This document shows positions 50,507 to 60,364 of a stretch of DNA of 64,000 nucleotides, one piece after another. Numbering within the stretch: position 1 is the first letter of the stretch; each line of letters opens with the position of its first letter. Below the pieces are notes generated by a model. It ran no database searches and was not told where the DNA came from. It saw only the letters and a program-made list of their open reading frames with translations. The DNA is taken from the IMG/VR virus record IMGVR_UViG_3300031841_005609, positions 42,203 to 106,202 of that record. One strand, written 5' to 3'. A program made the translations under genes and the position numbers. Source of the stretch: a virus.

Positions 50507-51076
50507 ATGGATACAGAAAAACTTCTCTCTAATTTCGAAAAATTTGCCTCGCTTCTTAAAAAGTATTTCCCTGAAGAGGGAACAGAAAGATTTCTGGAAG
50601 ACTTTGGTGTAAGATTAACTACTTGTCCTCGAGGCTTAACTTCAAAAGATGGAGGAGATCATGGCGGTCTTATATCTCACGCTTTGAGGACTGCTTTAGT
50701 GGCATCAAGTCATTCGAAGCTCGTCGAAGACTCTCTTCCTGATCATGATCTAGATAGAAAAAGCGTCGCAAGGGTATGTCTGGTTCATGAGCTAGGGAAG
50801 CTAGGAACTCAAGAAAAAGAACTGTATATAGTCCAGGAATCTCAATGGCACAAAGAGAAGCTAGGACAAAATTTTAAGTACAACGATGAGTGTCCAAAGA
50901 TGACGTCATCTCACAGGACGCTGTTTCTTCTTCAGAGCTATGGAATGACCTTGACCGACGAGGAGTGGATAGCTGTTTTAACAAGTCAGGGCATGCAATA
51001 TACAGAAAACAGCTTTTACGGTAACTCACTTCCGACTGTTGCAAAAATTCTTCATTTTGCAAAGTCTATGGCCTAG
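50507..51076 (+). CDS. HD-superfamily (YhaM-like) protein, degenerate
   Basis: HGGLISHALR, LVHELGKLG, SHRTLFLLQ..LTDEEW. Promoter TTGAAC-17-TACATT at 50459-50487; SD AAGGA. Confidence 0.65.
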   Translation: MDTEKLLSNFEKFASLLKKYFPEEGTERFLEDFGVRLTTCPRGLTSKDGGDHGGLISHALRTALVASSHSKLVEDSLPDHDLDRKSVARVCLVHELGKLGTQEKELYIVQESQWHKEKLGQNFKYNDECPKMTSSHRTLFLLQSYGMTLTDEEWIAVLTSQGMQYTENSFYGNSLPTVAKILHFAKSMA

Positions 51077-51095
51077 CTAGATAATACTTAAAGAT

Positions 51096-51353
51096 ATGGA
51101 AAAGCTTCGAGAGATAATTAGAAAAATCCTGATAGAAAACTATCTTGAAGAAAAAGAAGAGCTCTTGACTGAGCCCGATGAGGCAGAAGGAAGAGAAGAA
51201 GAAGAAGTTTCATCGGGAGGAGTTGCAGGAGTATCTGTACCTCTCGGAGCTGGACCGAATTTTCCAAACAAGACTAAGAGAAAAAAGGGCGTTAAGTCAC
51301 CTTTGGCATCTGCAATGTCTTCGTTTGGAAATGCCCGGTCATCTAAAAAATAA
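51096..51353 (+). CDS. Small hypothetical protein (late-promoter motif upstream)
   Basis: ATACTTA at 51084; MEKLREIIRKILIE. Confidence 0.65.
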   Translation: MEKLREIIRKILIENYLEEKEELLTEPDEAEGREEEEVSSGGVAGVSVPLGAGPNFPNKTKRKKGVKSPLASAMSSFGNARSSKK

Positions 51354-51359
51354 AACTAC

Positions 51360-51388
51360 TTGAACATTTCGTCGTAGGACGTTAAACT
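51360..51388 (+). promoter_or_regulatory. Sigma70-like promoter TTGAAC-17-TAAACT
   Basis: Located upstream of the SSB gene. Confidence 0.55.
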
Positions 51389-51440
51389 AGAAACACAACT
51401 GCCAAATTGCACATTGCAAATTGAAAAACTGGAGGTAAAC

Positions 51441-52268
51441 ATGGCAATTGACCTAGATGCTATTCGTAACAAGCTAAACCAGCTTTCTGGTAACAACTCA
51501 AAAAGAAGCACAATGTGGCGTCCCCAGGAGGGCGAAGAAGTCACAGTTCGACTTCTTTCATTTCCTGATAATGATGGACAGCCCTTCCAAGAACGATGGT
51601 TCTATTATAACATCGGCAACAACCCAGGCCTTCTCGCCCCGTACCAGTTCGGAAAGAACGACCCTATTCAAGAGCTTATTACGAAGCTGCGTGATGACGG
51701 ATCTAAAGAGTCTTACGAGCTTGCAAAGAAACTGTACCCGAAAATGCGGTGTTATGCTCCTGTCATAGTCAGAGGTGAGGAAGAAAAAGGTGTTAGAATC
51801 TGGGCATTCGGGAAAACGGTATATCAGTCTCTTCTCAACATCATGCTTGATGAGGACTATGGTGATATCACCGATCCATCTCACGGGAGAGACGTAAAGG
51901 TAATCTGCACGAAAGCTCCTGGTCGTATGTGGGCTTCCACAGAAGTCCGACCAAGAGGAAAGAGCAGCAAGCTTTCAGAGAGCTCCGCCGAGGCAAAAGA
52001 CTGGATTAAGAACATTCCCAATCTTGATGAAGTGTTCACGCTGAAGACATACGAAGAGCTTGAGCAGATTGTCACCAGCTGGCTGAATGGATCAGATGAA
52101 TCTGACCAAGAATCAGGCCTTGGTACTTCTAGAGGAGGATCAACTTCTTCTACTCCTTCTTCTGCTCCCACGACCTCCGACGATTTCGACGACACTCCTT
52201 CCTCTTCTACGGATACAAAAAAGTACAAAAGTCTAGATGAAGCTTTTGCTGATCTAGAAGATCTCTAA
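51441..52268 (+). CDS. Single-stranded DNA-binding protein (gp32-like)
   Basis: SD GGAGG. W.P..VRLL, V.IW.FGK.VY, YGDITDP..GRD and an acidic tail ending AFADL. Confidence 0.85.
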   Translation: MAIDLDAIRNKLNQLSGNNSKRSTMWRPQEGEEVTVRLLSFPDNDGQPFQERWFYYNIGNNPGLLAPYQFGKNDPIQELITKLRDDGSKESYELAKKLYPKMRCYAPVIVRGEEEKGVRIWAFGKTVYQSLLNIMLDEDYGDITDPSHGRDVKVICTKAPGRMWASTEVRPRGKSSKLSESSAEAKDWIKNIPNLDEVFTLKTYEELEQIVTSWLNGSDESDQESGLGTSRGGSTSSTPSSAPTTSDDFDDTPSSSTDTKKYKSLDEAFADLEDL

Positions 52269-52280
52269 GAAACATATTAA

Positions 52281-52310
52281 AAAGCGGCTTCGGCCGCTTT
52301 ATTTTTTTAT
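52281..52310 (+). terminator. Rho-independent terminator
   Basis: AAAGCGGC-TTCG-GCCGCTTT followed by a T run. Confidence 0.92.
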
Positions 52311-52374
52311 TTGCTGTACACTTATAGTGTCGTGAATATGATCTATATGCTACCTTTTTAAACTAGGATAACAA

Positions 52375-53571
52375 ATGGCTAAGAAAAATAATTTGAAGAA
52401 ATCTGATAACTTTACGTCTGACCTTATTTCTTCTCTTAACAAAGAGCATGGTTCTAAGGTTGCATATAACCTAGCTTACGATGATTCACCTACTCACGTT
52501 AAGAGATGGATAAGCACTGGCTCGAGGCTTCTCGACTACATTGTTGCCAACAGAAACGAAGGTGGACTTCCTGAAGGAAGAATAGTTGAGATCTTTGGTC
52601 CTCCCTCTATTGGAAAATCTCACATAGCAATACAGATCGCCAGGTCAACCCAGACAATGGGCGGAATTGTTGTTTACATCGACACAGAAAACGCAACATC
52701 TGTGGAAAACCTTTCTCTTTTAGGTGTAGACATCACTAAGAGGTTTGTCTATGTTGATACTCATTGTACTGAAGAAGTACTCTCTATCGCTGAGTCTACT
52801 ATCTTAAAAGCCAAGGCCATGGACAAGGATGTACCAATTACTATCATATGGGATTCTGTTGCGGCTTCTTCCCCGAAAGCTGAGCTCATAGGTGACTATG
52901 ATAAGGAGTCGATAGGTCTTCAAGCTCGAGCAATCTCAAAGGGCATGAGGAAGATAACAGGTGTTATTGCAAATCAAAACGTCCTGTTTATCTGTCTCAA
53001 CCAGATCAGAACAAATGTGGGTGTGATGTACGGTGATCCAACAACTACACCTGGAGGTAAAGCAATTCCTTTTCATTCATCTGTTCGAATCAAGCTTGGC
53101 GCCGGACAGCAAATAACCAATAAAGACAAGGAAGTTGTAGGTATCAACGTAAGAGCAAAGACTATAAAGAACAAAGTGTCGCCACCTTTTAGAGAGTGTA
53201 TGTTTGAAATTCACTTTGGAAAAGGAATAGTTGAGCATGAACAGATCTTCGACGTTCTTAGAAAGAACGGTCCCGAAACCACAGATGACGGAAAAGTAGT
53301 TCAGGTTGGAGGAAACGGAGCTTGGAAGACTCTTACGGTTCACGATGAAAAAACCGGGGAAGTATCAATCGAGAAAAAGTTCTACAAAAATGACTTTGGC
53401 GATATCTTAAGAGATCCTGAATACTCAGCTTTCTGTGACTTTTTACTTGAAAGAGCTATGGTTAAAATCATGAGAAACAATGATCACATGTCTATTGATC
53501 ACGAGTCTTATGAAGAAGTAAGAGCTATCGCGATGGACCTTGAGTCTGAGATTTTAGACCCGGAGGCCTGA
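52375..53571 (+). CDS. recA: RecA/UvsX recombinase
   Basis: GGLPEGRIVEIFGPPSIGKS, YIDTE, WDSVAA, GLQAR, NQIR, TTPGGKA, KNKVSPPF. Confidence 0.95.
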   Translation: MAKKNNLKKSDNFTSDLISSLNKEHGSKVAYNLAYDDSPTHVKRWISTGSRLLDYIVANRNEGGLPEGRIVEIFGPPSIGKSHIAIQIARSTQTMGGIVVYIDTENATSVENLSLLGVDITKRFVYVDTHCTEEVLSIAESTILKAKAMDKDVPITIIWDSVAASSPKAELIGDYDKESIGLQARAISKGMRKITGVIANQNVLFICLNQIRTNVGVMYGDPTTTPGGKAIPFHSSVRIKLGAGQQITNKDKEVVGINVRAKTIKNKVSPPFRECMFEIHFGKGIVEHEQIFDVLRKNGPETTDDGKVVQVGGNGAWKTLTVHDEKTGEVSIEKKFYKNDFGDILRDPEYSAFCDFLLERAMVKIMRNNDHMSIDHESYEEVRAIAMDLESEILDPEA

Positions 53572-54530
53572 TGTCTTCTCGACCCATTCTCCTTGTGGAT
53601 GGATTAAATCTTTTCATGCAGCATTTCGTTGCAAACCCTACCATGAGCTCTCATGGAAATCACGTCGGCGGCGTCGTCGGTTTTATGAAAGCACTGGGTC
53701 ATCTTTCCGATAGAACAGGACCGAAGAAGATCGTAGTAGTCTGGGAAGGTGGAGGTTCTTCTAGAAAAAGAGCCATCTACAAAAACTACAAATCAGGAAG
53801 AAGACCTCAGAAGCTCAATAGATATTATGGCGGTGAAATACCGGACACAGTTCAAAACAGAGACGATGAATTGTCAATGCTGATATCACTTCTAGGTCAC
53901 ACGCCCATAGAACAGATGTATATACCTGACTGTGAGGCTGACGATGTCATAGGCTATATATCTAGATACTGCTTCCCAGATGATAGAATAGTTATAGTCT
54001 CTTCCGACAAAGATCTATATCAGCTTCTCTCTTCTAGGGTGATTCAATGGTCTCCAGGACAAAAGTCATTCATAAATCTTAAAGACGTGAAAGAGAAGTT
54101 TGGCATTCATGTAAATAACTTTTGTACAGCTCGATCATTTATAGGAGATCCCTCAGACAACTTGAAAGGAGTTCCTCGAGTTGGGTTTGCTTCACTCTCT
54201 AAGAGGTTTCCAGAGCTTCAGGAAAAAGAACATGTAAGTGTTCTAGACATAGTGAAATCTTCTGAAAAAATGCTTGAAAAAAGCAGCCTGAAGATATACA
54301 CTAACATAGTTGAGAATTCTGAGGTAGCTAGAAGGAATTGGAGAATAATGTTTCTTGATATAAACAACCTTTCAGCGTCTCAGATCCAGAAAATAACATC
54401 AGGGCTTGAGAGCAAAGAAAGCTCTTTGAGTAAGATGGATTTAATAAGAGACATGATCCGATACGGGATCAATAACTTTGATGTTGACAAATTTTTCGCT
54501 TCTTTAAGAGCATCTATTCGGAGAAACTAA
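53571..54530 (+). CDS. 5'-3' exonuclease/flap endonuclease (T4 RNase H / Pol I N-terminal type)
   Basis: LLVDG, YKSGR, EADDVIG, SSDKDLYQL, GDPSDNLKGV..VG. Confidence 0.92.
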   Translation: MSSRPILLVDGLNLFMQHFVANPTMSSHGNHVGGVVGFMKALGHLSDRTGPKKIVVVWEGGGSSRKRAIYKNYKSGRRPQKLNRYYGGEIPDTVQNRDDELSMLISLLGHTPIEQMYIPDCEADDVIGYISRYCFPDDRIVIVSSDKDLYQLLSSRVIQWSPGQKSFINLKDVKEKFGIHVNNFCTARSFIGDPSDNLKGVPRVGFASLSKRFPELQEKEHVSVLDIVKSSEKMLEKSSLKIYTNIVENSEVARRNWRIMFLDINNLSASQIQKITSGLESKESSLSKMDLIRDMIRYGINNFDVDKFFASLRASIRRN

Positions 54531-55931
54531 ATGGAAGACCACTACGGCAGCACTGAACATCATTTTGCTAAATACGGAAAAGCTTTCCAAGAGAAGATTT
54601 TCCAAAGCTTGATGACTGACAAAGAATGGGCTGCTCAGATGATCGAAATCATGAACCCCATGTTTTTTGACATAAAGTACTTGCAATATTTGAGTGAAAA
54701 GTTCTATGCTTATTATATGAAGTATAAGTGCTTTCCTACACTTGGTCTTCTTGTCACCATAATAAAGGATGATCTAGGTCAGAAAGACGACACCATACTT
54801 CGAGATCAAATAATAGAGTTTCTTCACAGGGTAAAAGCGAGTCCAAGTCTTTCTGATCTTGAATATGTCAAGGACAAGACGCTTGACTTTTGCAGAAAGC
54901 AGGCGTTTAAAGACGCGCTAGAACAATCTGTTGAGCTAATTCAGACTGAAAAGTTTGACTCTGTTTTGACTATCATGAGGAAAGCAGTTTCCGTAGGACT
55001 TCCATCGAGTACAGGTCATGATTTTTTCGAAGATGTAGAAGCCAGGTTTGTCAAGATCAATCGACAGGTTTGCCCAACAGGTCTTGCAAAGCTAGATGAC
55101 AAGGATATTCTTCGAGGCGGTCTAGGAAGAGGTGAAATAGGTGTTGTCACAGCCAACACCGGCGTTGGCAAGTCTCACTGGTTGGTTGCTATGGGTGCTA
55201 ACGCAATGAGGGTCGGGAAAAACGTCCTTCACTATACGTTTGAGCTTACTGAGCATGCTGTTGGTCTAAGATATGATGCTAACTTGTGCGGAATACCTGC
55301 AAACGAAGTCCAAGACAGGAAAGATGAAGTTGTAAGCAAATACAAAGACATGGATCTAGGGAGGCTTATCATCAAAGAGTATCCCACAGGGTCAGCTACT
55401 ACGCTTACTATAAGGAACCACGTTGAAAAGCTCATGCTCAAAGGCTTCATTCCCTCGATAATAGTGATTGACTATGCTGACATTATGAGGTCTACAAAGT
55501 CATATGATTCTCTTCGTCATGAGCTTAAGCTTATCTACGAGGAACTTAGAAATCTTGCGATGGAGCTCAACATACCGGTTTGGACTGCATCACAAGCCAA
55601 CAGAGACTCAGCAAAGTCCGATATTGTCGGGCTTGAAAACATGTCGGAAGCATATGGAAAAGCAATGGTTGCGGACTGTGTTATCTCTTTGTCTAGAAAG
55701 CCGACTGAGAAAGCCACGGGAGCTGGCCGACTTTTTGTTGCAAAGAATAGAGCGGGAAGAGATGGAATAGTTTTTCCGTTACACATAGATACTGCAATGA
55801 GTAGATTTCAAATACTTGACGAGTCTGCTTTAACACTTGACGAAGCAGTAAAACAAACAAACTCAGAAATGAAAGACCTCTTAAAAAAGAAGTGGGCCGA
55901 AGTAAACGGAGGAAAAGAAGATGAAAATTAA
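54531..55931 (+). CDS. Replicative helicase (gp41/DnaB-like)
   Basis: ANTGVGKS, IKEYP, IDYAD, WTASQANR, KNRAG. Confidence 0.92.
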   Translation: MEDHYGSTEHHFAKYGKAFQEKIFQSLMTDKEWAAQMIEIMNPMFFDIKYLQYLSEKFYAYYMKYKCFPTLGLLVTIIKDDLGQKDDTILRDQIIEFLHRVKASPSLSDLEYVKDKTLDFCRKQAFKDALEQSVELIQTEKFDSVLTIMRKAVSVGLPSSTGHDFFEDVEARFVKINRQVCPTGLAKLDDKDILRGGLGRGEIGVVTANTGVGKSHWLVAMGANAMRVGKNVLHYTFELTEHAVGLRYDANLCGIPANEVQDRKDEVVSKYKDMDLGRLIIKEYPTGSATTLTIRNHVEKLMLKGFIPSIIVIDYADIMRSTKSYDSLRHELKLIYEELRNLAMELNIPVWTASQANRDSAKSDIVGLENMSEAYGKAMVADCVISLSRKPTEKATGAGRLFVAKNRAGRDGIVFPLHIDTAMSRFQILDESALTLDEAVKQTNSEMKDLLKKKWAEVNGGKEDEN

Positions 55932-56421
55932 AATGACCCTTTCCCAGCAAGCTGTAGATATTTTTGGAAAAATAGGAATTGACCCATTCAAGTACGGGCC
56001 TGCGTACAACGGTGAATCAGTCGGTCTCGATCTTTATAATACAGGCCCAGAAGTGAAGCTTCCGGGAAGAAATAAGTGGACGGCTTTTGGAGAGCCTGCT
56101 ATTATGATCCCGACGGGAGTCCGCGTAGTTCTTCCGAAGGGTACTGTCGGCTTGATCAAAGAGCGAGGATCTGTTACTAAAACAGGCCTGGTTGCAAGAG
56201 CAGGCGTTATTGATCCGGGATACACAGGTGAAATTTTTGTTAACCTAATAAATGTAGGGGAAAAAGATACAATTTTACCTCCTGGCGCAAAACTGCCAGT
56301 ACAATTAGTGACCATGTTGTGCTTCCATGATTACGAAACTGTTTCTTATCCTGAATACTTAAAACTTACCGAAGACAGTTCACGAGCGCAAGGAAGTCTA
56401 GGCAGCTCAGACAAGCAATAA
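55921..56421 (+). CDS. dut: Trimeric dUTPase
   Basis: GLDL, ERGS, GVIDPGYTGE, PVQL, RAQGSLGSS. Confidence 0.9.
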   Translation: MKIKMTLSQQAVDIFGKIGIDPFKYGPAYNGESVGLDLYNTGPEVKLPGRNKWTAFGEPAIMIPTGVRVVLPKGTVGLIKERGSVTKTGLVARAGVIDPGYTGEIFVNLINVGEKDTILPPGAKLPVQLVTMLCFHDYETVSYPEYLKLTEDSSRAQGSLGSSDKQ

Positions 56422-56431
56422 AGGATAAGAA

Positions 56432-57406
56432 ATGACCAATTTTGTTGAACCAATTTTGACACCAAACCCAAAGAGATTCGTAATCTATCCAATTCAGCAT
56501 GATGGAATCTGGACAGAGTTTAAAAGACAAGAAGCAAGTTTTTGGACAGCCGAAGAGATCGATCTTTCACAAGACATGATCGATTGGCAAAAGTTGTCTG
56601 ATGACGAAAGACATTTTATAAAACATGTTCTTGCTTTTTTCGCTGCAAGCGATGGAATTGTAAACGAAAATCTCTGCTATAGGTTTGCAAATGAGGTTCA
56701 ATATCCTGAGGCTCGTGCATCATATACGTTTCAGGCGGCCATGGAAACCATTCATAGCGAAACCTATAGCCTTCTGATTGACACTTACGTTAACGACGAA
56801 GAAGAAAAGCTGACCTTGCTAAATGCTCTCGAGACTCTTCCTTCTGTAAGAAAGAAAGCGGACTGGGCTCTTAAATGGATCGACAGTTCAGACTCATTCG
56901 CGGAGAGGTTGATTGCTTTCTCAGCAGTTGAAGGAATCTTTTTTAGCGGAAGTTTCTGTGCGATTTACTGGCTCAAGCATAGAGGATTAGGCATGCCAGG
57001 CTTGACTTTCTCAAATGAGTTAATCAGTCGAGATGAAGCGATGCATACAGATTTTGCTGTAATGCTATATAGGGATCACATCCTTGATAAGCTGTCAACT
57101 GAAAGAATCACAGAGATCATCACAAACGCCGTTGAGATCGAGAAAGAATTTATCTGCGAGTCACTACCAGTTTCTCTAATTGGTATGAATTCTAGGATGA
57201 TGTCGGAATACATTGAGTTCGTAGCCGATAGACTTTTATCAGATCTCGGCGTTCCCAAGCACTTCGGAACAAAGAATCCTTTTCCGTGGATGGAAATGCT
57301 GGGTCTTGAAGGAAAAACAAATTTCTTCGAAAGAAGAGTTTCTGAATACGCAAAAGCCGGTGTAACAACTGGTAACAATGACCTGAATTGGAATGAGGAC
57401 TTTTAA
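56432..57406 (+). CDS. nrdB: Ribonucleotide reductase class Ia beta subunit
   Basis: [53 protein letters not shown]. Confidence 0.97.
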   Translation: MTNFVEPILTPNPKRFVIYPIQHDGIWTEFKRQEASFWTAEEIDLSQDMIDWQKLSDDERHFIKHVLAFFAASDGIVNENLCYRFANEVQYPEARASYTFQAAMETIHSETYSLLIDTYVNDEEEKLTLLNALETLPSVRKKADWALKWIDSSDSFAERLIAFSAVEGIFFSGSFCAIYWLKHRGLGMPGLTFSNELISRDEAMHTDFAVMLYRDHILDKLSTERITEIITNAVEIEKEFICESLPVSLIGMNSRMMSEYIEFVADRLLSDLGVPKHFGTKNPFPWMEMLGLEGKTNFFERRVSEYAKAGVTTGNNDLNWNEDF

Positions 57407-59760
57407 TGGACCAGTACGTTATCAAGAGTGATGGATCTAAAGAAAGAATCAAGTTCGATAAAATAACGTCAAGAATCAAGAATCAGTGCAAAGGGTTAAA
57501 CAACAAGTTTGTTGTACCTACTGAGGTCACAAGAAGAGTTGCAGAATCTGTAGTTGATGGTATCACTACGGAACAGATCGATGGTATCATCGCAAACGAA
57601 GCGGCTCGACTTGTAACCACACACCCAGATTACTCGATCTTGGCGGCTCGGATCTTGATTTCTCGATGGCAGAAGAACATACCCTTAAGTTTTTCTGATA
57701 ACATCGAGAGTTTATATGATCACATCGATCCATCAACCGGCAAGCACGCACCTCTCGTCAGTAGAGAGATAAGAGATCTGGTATCCAAGCCAGCGATCGC
57801 CAGGCGTGTTGATCGCGCAATCGTGCATGACCGAGATTTTGACATCGATTACTTTGGAATCGTTACTCTGAAAAGAGGATATCTGAAGCAAGATGACAAG
57901 AACATGCTTGAAACACCGCAGTTCATGTGGATGCGAGTTGCGTTAGGTATCCACGGTGAGGATATTCAGGCTGCAATTAGGTGTTACGATTCGATGTCCA
58001 CTGGCTTGTACACACACGCAACACCAACTCTGTTCAACGCCGGAACACCTCGACCTCAGATGTCCTCTTGTTTCTTGCAATCGATGAGAGGTGATTCTAT
58101 AAAGGGAATCTTCGAAACCTTTCTGGACATGGCGGAGATCTCTAAGCACGCTGGTGGAATCGGTGTTCACATCCATGATATCCGCGCGAAGGGAACTTAC
58201 ATCGCAGGTACAGGTGGAAAGAGTAACGGAATCGTCCCCATGCTGCGCGTAATGAACGAAGAAGCGCGTTATGTAGATCAAGGTGGAGGAAAGAGAAAAG
58301 GTTCTTTCGCTGTGTATCTGGAACCCTGGCATGCCGATATTCAGGACTTCCTTGAGTTGAAGAAGAACCACGGTAAAGAAGAGATGCGCGCTCGCGACCT
58401 TTTCTACGCCCTTTGGGTTCCTGATCTCTTCATGGAACGTGTTAAGAACGATGAACAATGGACACTTATGTGTCCAAAACAATCGCCTGGCCTTTCAGAT
58501 TGTTGGGGTGATGCGTTCAATACTCTTTACAAGAAGTACGAAGAAGAAGGAAAGTACGTTCAGCGTGTTTCTGCCCGCGAGTTGTGGGTCCAGATCATCA
58601 AGGCGCAAATCGAAACGGGAACACCTTACATTCTTTACAAAGATGCGGCAAACGCTAAATCAAATCAGAAGAATTTAGGAACAATCAAGTCCTCGAATCT
58701 TTGTACTGAGATCATCGAATACTCGGCACCTGATGAAACGGCTGTTTGTAACCTCGCTTCTATCGCCCTCTCAAAATTTGTGGTGAGAGGAAAAGTAGAT
58801 TACGAGAAGTTGAAAGATACTGCGTACGAAGTAACCCAGAATCTGAATCGAGTGATTGATAGAAACTATTACCCAACCGAATCTGCGAAACGTTCAAACA
58901 TGCGGCATCGACCAATTGGTATCGGTGTTCAAGGTTTAGCGGATGTGTTCGCCTTGATGAAGATAGATTTTGATTCTGAAGAGGCGAAAGAGATCAACAG
59001 AAGGATGTTTGCTGCAATTTACTATGGTTCATTGGATGCAAGCGCGGATTTCTCTAAGGCCAATTCTCCGTACGAAACGTATGAGGGTTCACCCGCATCT
59101 GAAGGTATCCTACAGTTCGATCTTTGGGGTGTGGAACCCGTTTCTGATTGGGATTGGGGTAAACTCAAGAACAAGATCAAGAAGAACGGATTGGCCAATT
59201 CTCTTCTTCTGGCACCCATGCCAACAGCGAGTACAAGCCAGATCCTTGGAAACAACGAATGTTTCGAACCGTTCACATCGAATCTTTACGTTCGAAGAGT
59301 TCTGTCCGGAGAATTCGTACTGGTAAACAAACACCTTGTTCGTGATCTTATCGATGTTGGAATCTGGGATGAAAACCTCAAGGATGAAATCATTCTGAAC
59401 AACGGTTCCGTTCAAGGAATCAACAGAATTCCAGAAGAGATTCGAAACAGATATCGAACGGTTTGGGAAATGTCCATGAAATCGATCATTGATATGGCGG
59501 CTGATCGTGGACCTTACATTTGTCAATCTCAATCGATGAACCTTTTCTTACCAGAACCTACTGTGGGTAAGGTAAACTCCATGCACTTCTACGCATGGGA
59601 AAAGGGATTAAAAACAGGAATGTACTATCTCAGGTCGAAACCTGCGGGAAGTGCGAAGAAAATTACAGTTGAAAAGAAACCAGAAAACACGCAACAAGAA
59701 GTTGATGCAGTTGCATGTTCTATCGAAAACCCAGATGATTGCCTGATGTGCGGGAGTTAA
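57406..59760 (+). CDS. nrdA: Ribonucleotide reductase class Ia alpha subunit with ATP cone
   Basis: N-terminal VIKSDG ATP cone, ATPTLFNAG, SSCFL, SNLCTEI, CNLAS, APMPTAS, GMYYLR, C-terminal CLMC. Confidence 0.97.
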   Translation: MDQYVIKSDGSKERIKFDKITSRIKNQCKGLNNKFVVPTEVTRRVAESVVDGITTEQIDGIIANEAARLVTTHPDYSILAARILISRWQKNIPLSFSDNIESLYDHIDPSTGKHAPLVSREIRDLVSKPAIARRVDRAIVHDRDFDIDYFGIVTLKRGYLKQDDKNMLETPQFMWMRVALGIHGEDIQAAIRCYDSMSTGLYTHATPTLFNAGTPRPQMSSCFLQSMRGDSIKGIFETFLDMAEISKHAGGIGVHIHDIRAKGTYIAGTGGKSNGIVPMLRVMNEEARYVDQGGGKRKGSFAVYLEPWHADIQDFLELKKNHGKEEMRARDLFYALWVPDLFMERVKNDEQWTLMCPKQSPGLSDCWGDAFNTLYKKYEEEGKYVQRVSARELWVQIIKAQIETGTPYILYKDAANAKSNQKNLGTIKSSNLCTEIIEYSAPDETAVCNLASIALSKFVVRGKVDYEKLKDTAYEVTQNLNRVIDRNYYPTESAKRSNMRHRPIGIGVQGLADVFALMKIDFDSEEAKEINRRMFAAIYYGSLDASADFSKANSPYETYEGSPASEGILQFDLWGVEPVSDWDWGKLKNKIKKNGLANSLLLAPMPTASTSQILGNNECFEPFTSNLYVRRVLSGEFVLVNKHLVRDLIDVGIWDENLKDEIILNNGSVQGINRIPEEIRNRYRTVWEMSMKSIIDMAADRGPYICQSQSMNLFLPEPTVGKVNSMHFYAWEKGLKTGMYYLRSKPAGSAKKITVEKKPENTQQEVDAVACSIENPDDCLMCGS

Positions 59761-59761
59761 A

Positions 59762-60364
59762 TTGAAATACACAACAACGATATCAAATCTAATCAAAGAA
59801 GTAGAACTAAGGAAGAACCCAGTAATCATTCGAGTGAATAAGTTTACTGAGGAATCCGCAAAGGAATTCGCACTCCAGATGGCGCAAGCACACAACACTG
59901 GACAGAAGGTGATTCCTGTGGTAATCGATTCGTACGGTGGACAAGTTTATTCTCTCATGTCCATGATCGCTGCGATCAAGGATTCTGAACTTCCAGTTGC
60001 AACTATCGTTGAAGGCAAAGCGATGAGTTGTGGTGCGGTTCTCTTTTCTTTTGGTAAAGAAGGTTACCGTTTCATGGATCGAAACGCAACTGTGATGATC
60101 CACGATGTAAGTTCAATGGATTTTGGCAAGGTTGAAGAACTCAAAGCGGGTGCGAAAGAAGCGGATCGTTTGAATACAATCATCTACACAATGATGGCGC
60201 AAAACTGCGGCAAGAAAGATGATTACTTCATGAAGATTGTAGATAAGAAGAAGCACGCAGATTGGTTCCTCGATGCGGATGAGGCGCAAAAACACAACAT
60301 GGCGAATCACCTCAGAATCCCAACACTTCGAATCAATGTAAACGTGGAGTACGATTTTGATTGA
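59762..60364 (+). CDS. clpP: ClpP-like serine protease subunit
   Basis: IDSYGG, AMSCG (Ser), MIHD (His), DWFLDADEA (Asp); TTG start. Confidence 0.88.
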   Translation: MKYTTTISNLIKEVELRKNPVIIRVNKFTEESAKEFALQMAQAHNTGQKVIPVVIDSYGGQVYSLMSMIAAIKDSELPVATIVEGKAMSCGAVLFSFGKEGYRFMDRNATVMIHDVSSMDFGKVEELKAGAKEADRLNTIIYTMMAQNCGKKDDYFMKIVDKKKHADWFLDADEAQKHNMANHLRIPTLRINVNVEYDFD

